Assembly: GCA_000405685.1 (NCBI GenBank)
Contig: ASPF01000006.1
Span: 1 to 56,092 of the forward strand
Length of the DNA stretch: 56,092 nucleotides
Source: Candidatus Geocrenenecus sp. JGI 0000106-J15
Lineage (GTDB): Archaea > Thermoproteota > Nitrososphaeria_A > Caldarchaeales > Wolframiiraptoraceae
Reading direction: 5' to 3'
Shown: piece after piece, positions 55,691 to 56,092 of the stretch
Numbering within the stretch: position 1 is the stretch's first letter
Layout of the letters: each line of letters begins with the position of its first letter
Translations under genes and position numbers: made by a program
Notes under the pieces: generated by a model
What the model was told of the DNA's origin: nothing
Database searches by the model: none
Seen by the model: only the letters and a program-made list of their open reading frames with translations

Positions 55691-55997
55691 ATGGGAGAAA
55701 ACACTAGGATAATCTTCGAGGAGTTATGCCCTAACTGTGGTGGTAGCATTGATGATATTAAGCTAAAGACGATAGGAGTATGTGGAGAGTGTCTACCAAC
55801 TCCAGCATATAATCTTTCATCCTCAAACATAGCAGAAGCTCTTAGAAGAACTAAGAAACTAAGAGGGTATAGAATTATAGCTGAGGTCGAAGAATTCATG
55901 GAAAAATTTAGAGAGATATTTACAAAATCTACAGGTTTTAAACCATGGGCTCTACAAGAAGTCTGGGCTAGAAGAGTATTCCTTAAAGAGAATTTTA
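55691..55997 (+). CDS. rgy: Reverse gyrase, N-terminal fragment only
   Basis: Zinc finger 'CPNCGG...CGEC' and 'KPWALQEVWARRVFLKENF'. The expected Walker A (APTGxGKT) never appears, because from 55998 the sequence is the reverse complement of part of the GINS gene. The track's end at 56089 is an artefactual tail. Confidence 0.8.
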
Positions 55998-56092
55998 CAT
56001 TAAATAGAAAAATCTTGGTAACTCTTGTAGTTCCCCAGGATTATTCTTTTCCTTCCATTCTAGTTGTATTAAACTCTTCAAATCTATAACCT
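55998..56092. repeat. Right-terminal 95-nt segment, exact reverse complement of 43327..43421
   Basis: Read directly. Identity is perfect over 95 nt and breaks at 55997. The arm touches the window edge. Confidence 0.95.

Noticed and set aside
55684-55899. 71-aa minus-strand ORF
   Set aside because: It is antisense to the well-supported reverse gyrase N-terminus.
55998-56089. Reverse gyrase as a pseudogene, split gene, intein-containing gene or IS-disrupted gene
   Set aside because: The non-homologous tail is an exact inverted copy of GINS coding sequence. It is not an IS end, and it is not an intein (no Cys/Ser junction, and in-frame extein does not resume). With the same 95-nt phenomenon at the other window end, a contig-end artefact is the simpler explanation. 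Listed as a finding to be verified rather than as a pseudogene.

Overview
Visibly AT-rich archaeal sequence. tRNA stems are GC-rich, one tRNA has an intron, and a reverse gyrase N-terminus is present, which points to a thermophilic TACK/Thermoproteota-type archaeon. I cannot name the organism. All calls come from reading the ORF translations against remembered family motifs; no searches were run.

The window is densely coded, and about 60 ORFs look real. Most are housekeeping:
- Translation: GluRS, L24e, S28e, S4, aIF2-gamma, aEF-2.
- Isoprenoid and nucleotide metabolism: IDI-2, NDK, dCTP deaminase, PRPP synthetase.
- Molybdenum cofactor synthesis: MoeA, MoaB, MoaC.
- tRNA maturation: Taw1, Trm11/G10, RNase Z, TiaS, AlaX.
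- Two ABC transporters.
- A replication island: RFC-S, RFC-L, Orc1/Cdc6, GINS, MCM, Hel308.

The most system-like element is a tightly overlapped four-gene operon at 25749..29038. It encodes an unknown protein, crenactin, an arcadin-2-like protein and an MBL-fold hydrolase. This is an archaeal actin ('arcade') cytoskeleton cluster with non-canonical composition. A second actin-fold (ASKHA, DUF1464-like) gene lies at 41691..42791.

RNA genes are an intron-containing tRNA-Gly(UCC), an initiator tRNA-Met and one candidate C/D-box sRNA.

The most striking raw-sequence observation is that both window ends are exactly 95 nt of reverse-complemented internal sequence. 1..95 is the reverse complement of 652..746, and 55998..56092 is the reverse complement of 43327..43421, inside the GINS gene. 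The right copy cuts off reverse gyrase. The identical length at both ends argues for a technical origin (assembly-graph overlap or inverted chimera) rather than biology, but that needs read-level checking.

I saw no rRNA, CRISPR array, transposase, integrase or intein.
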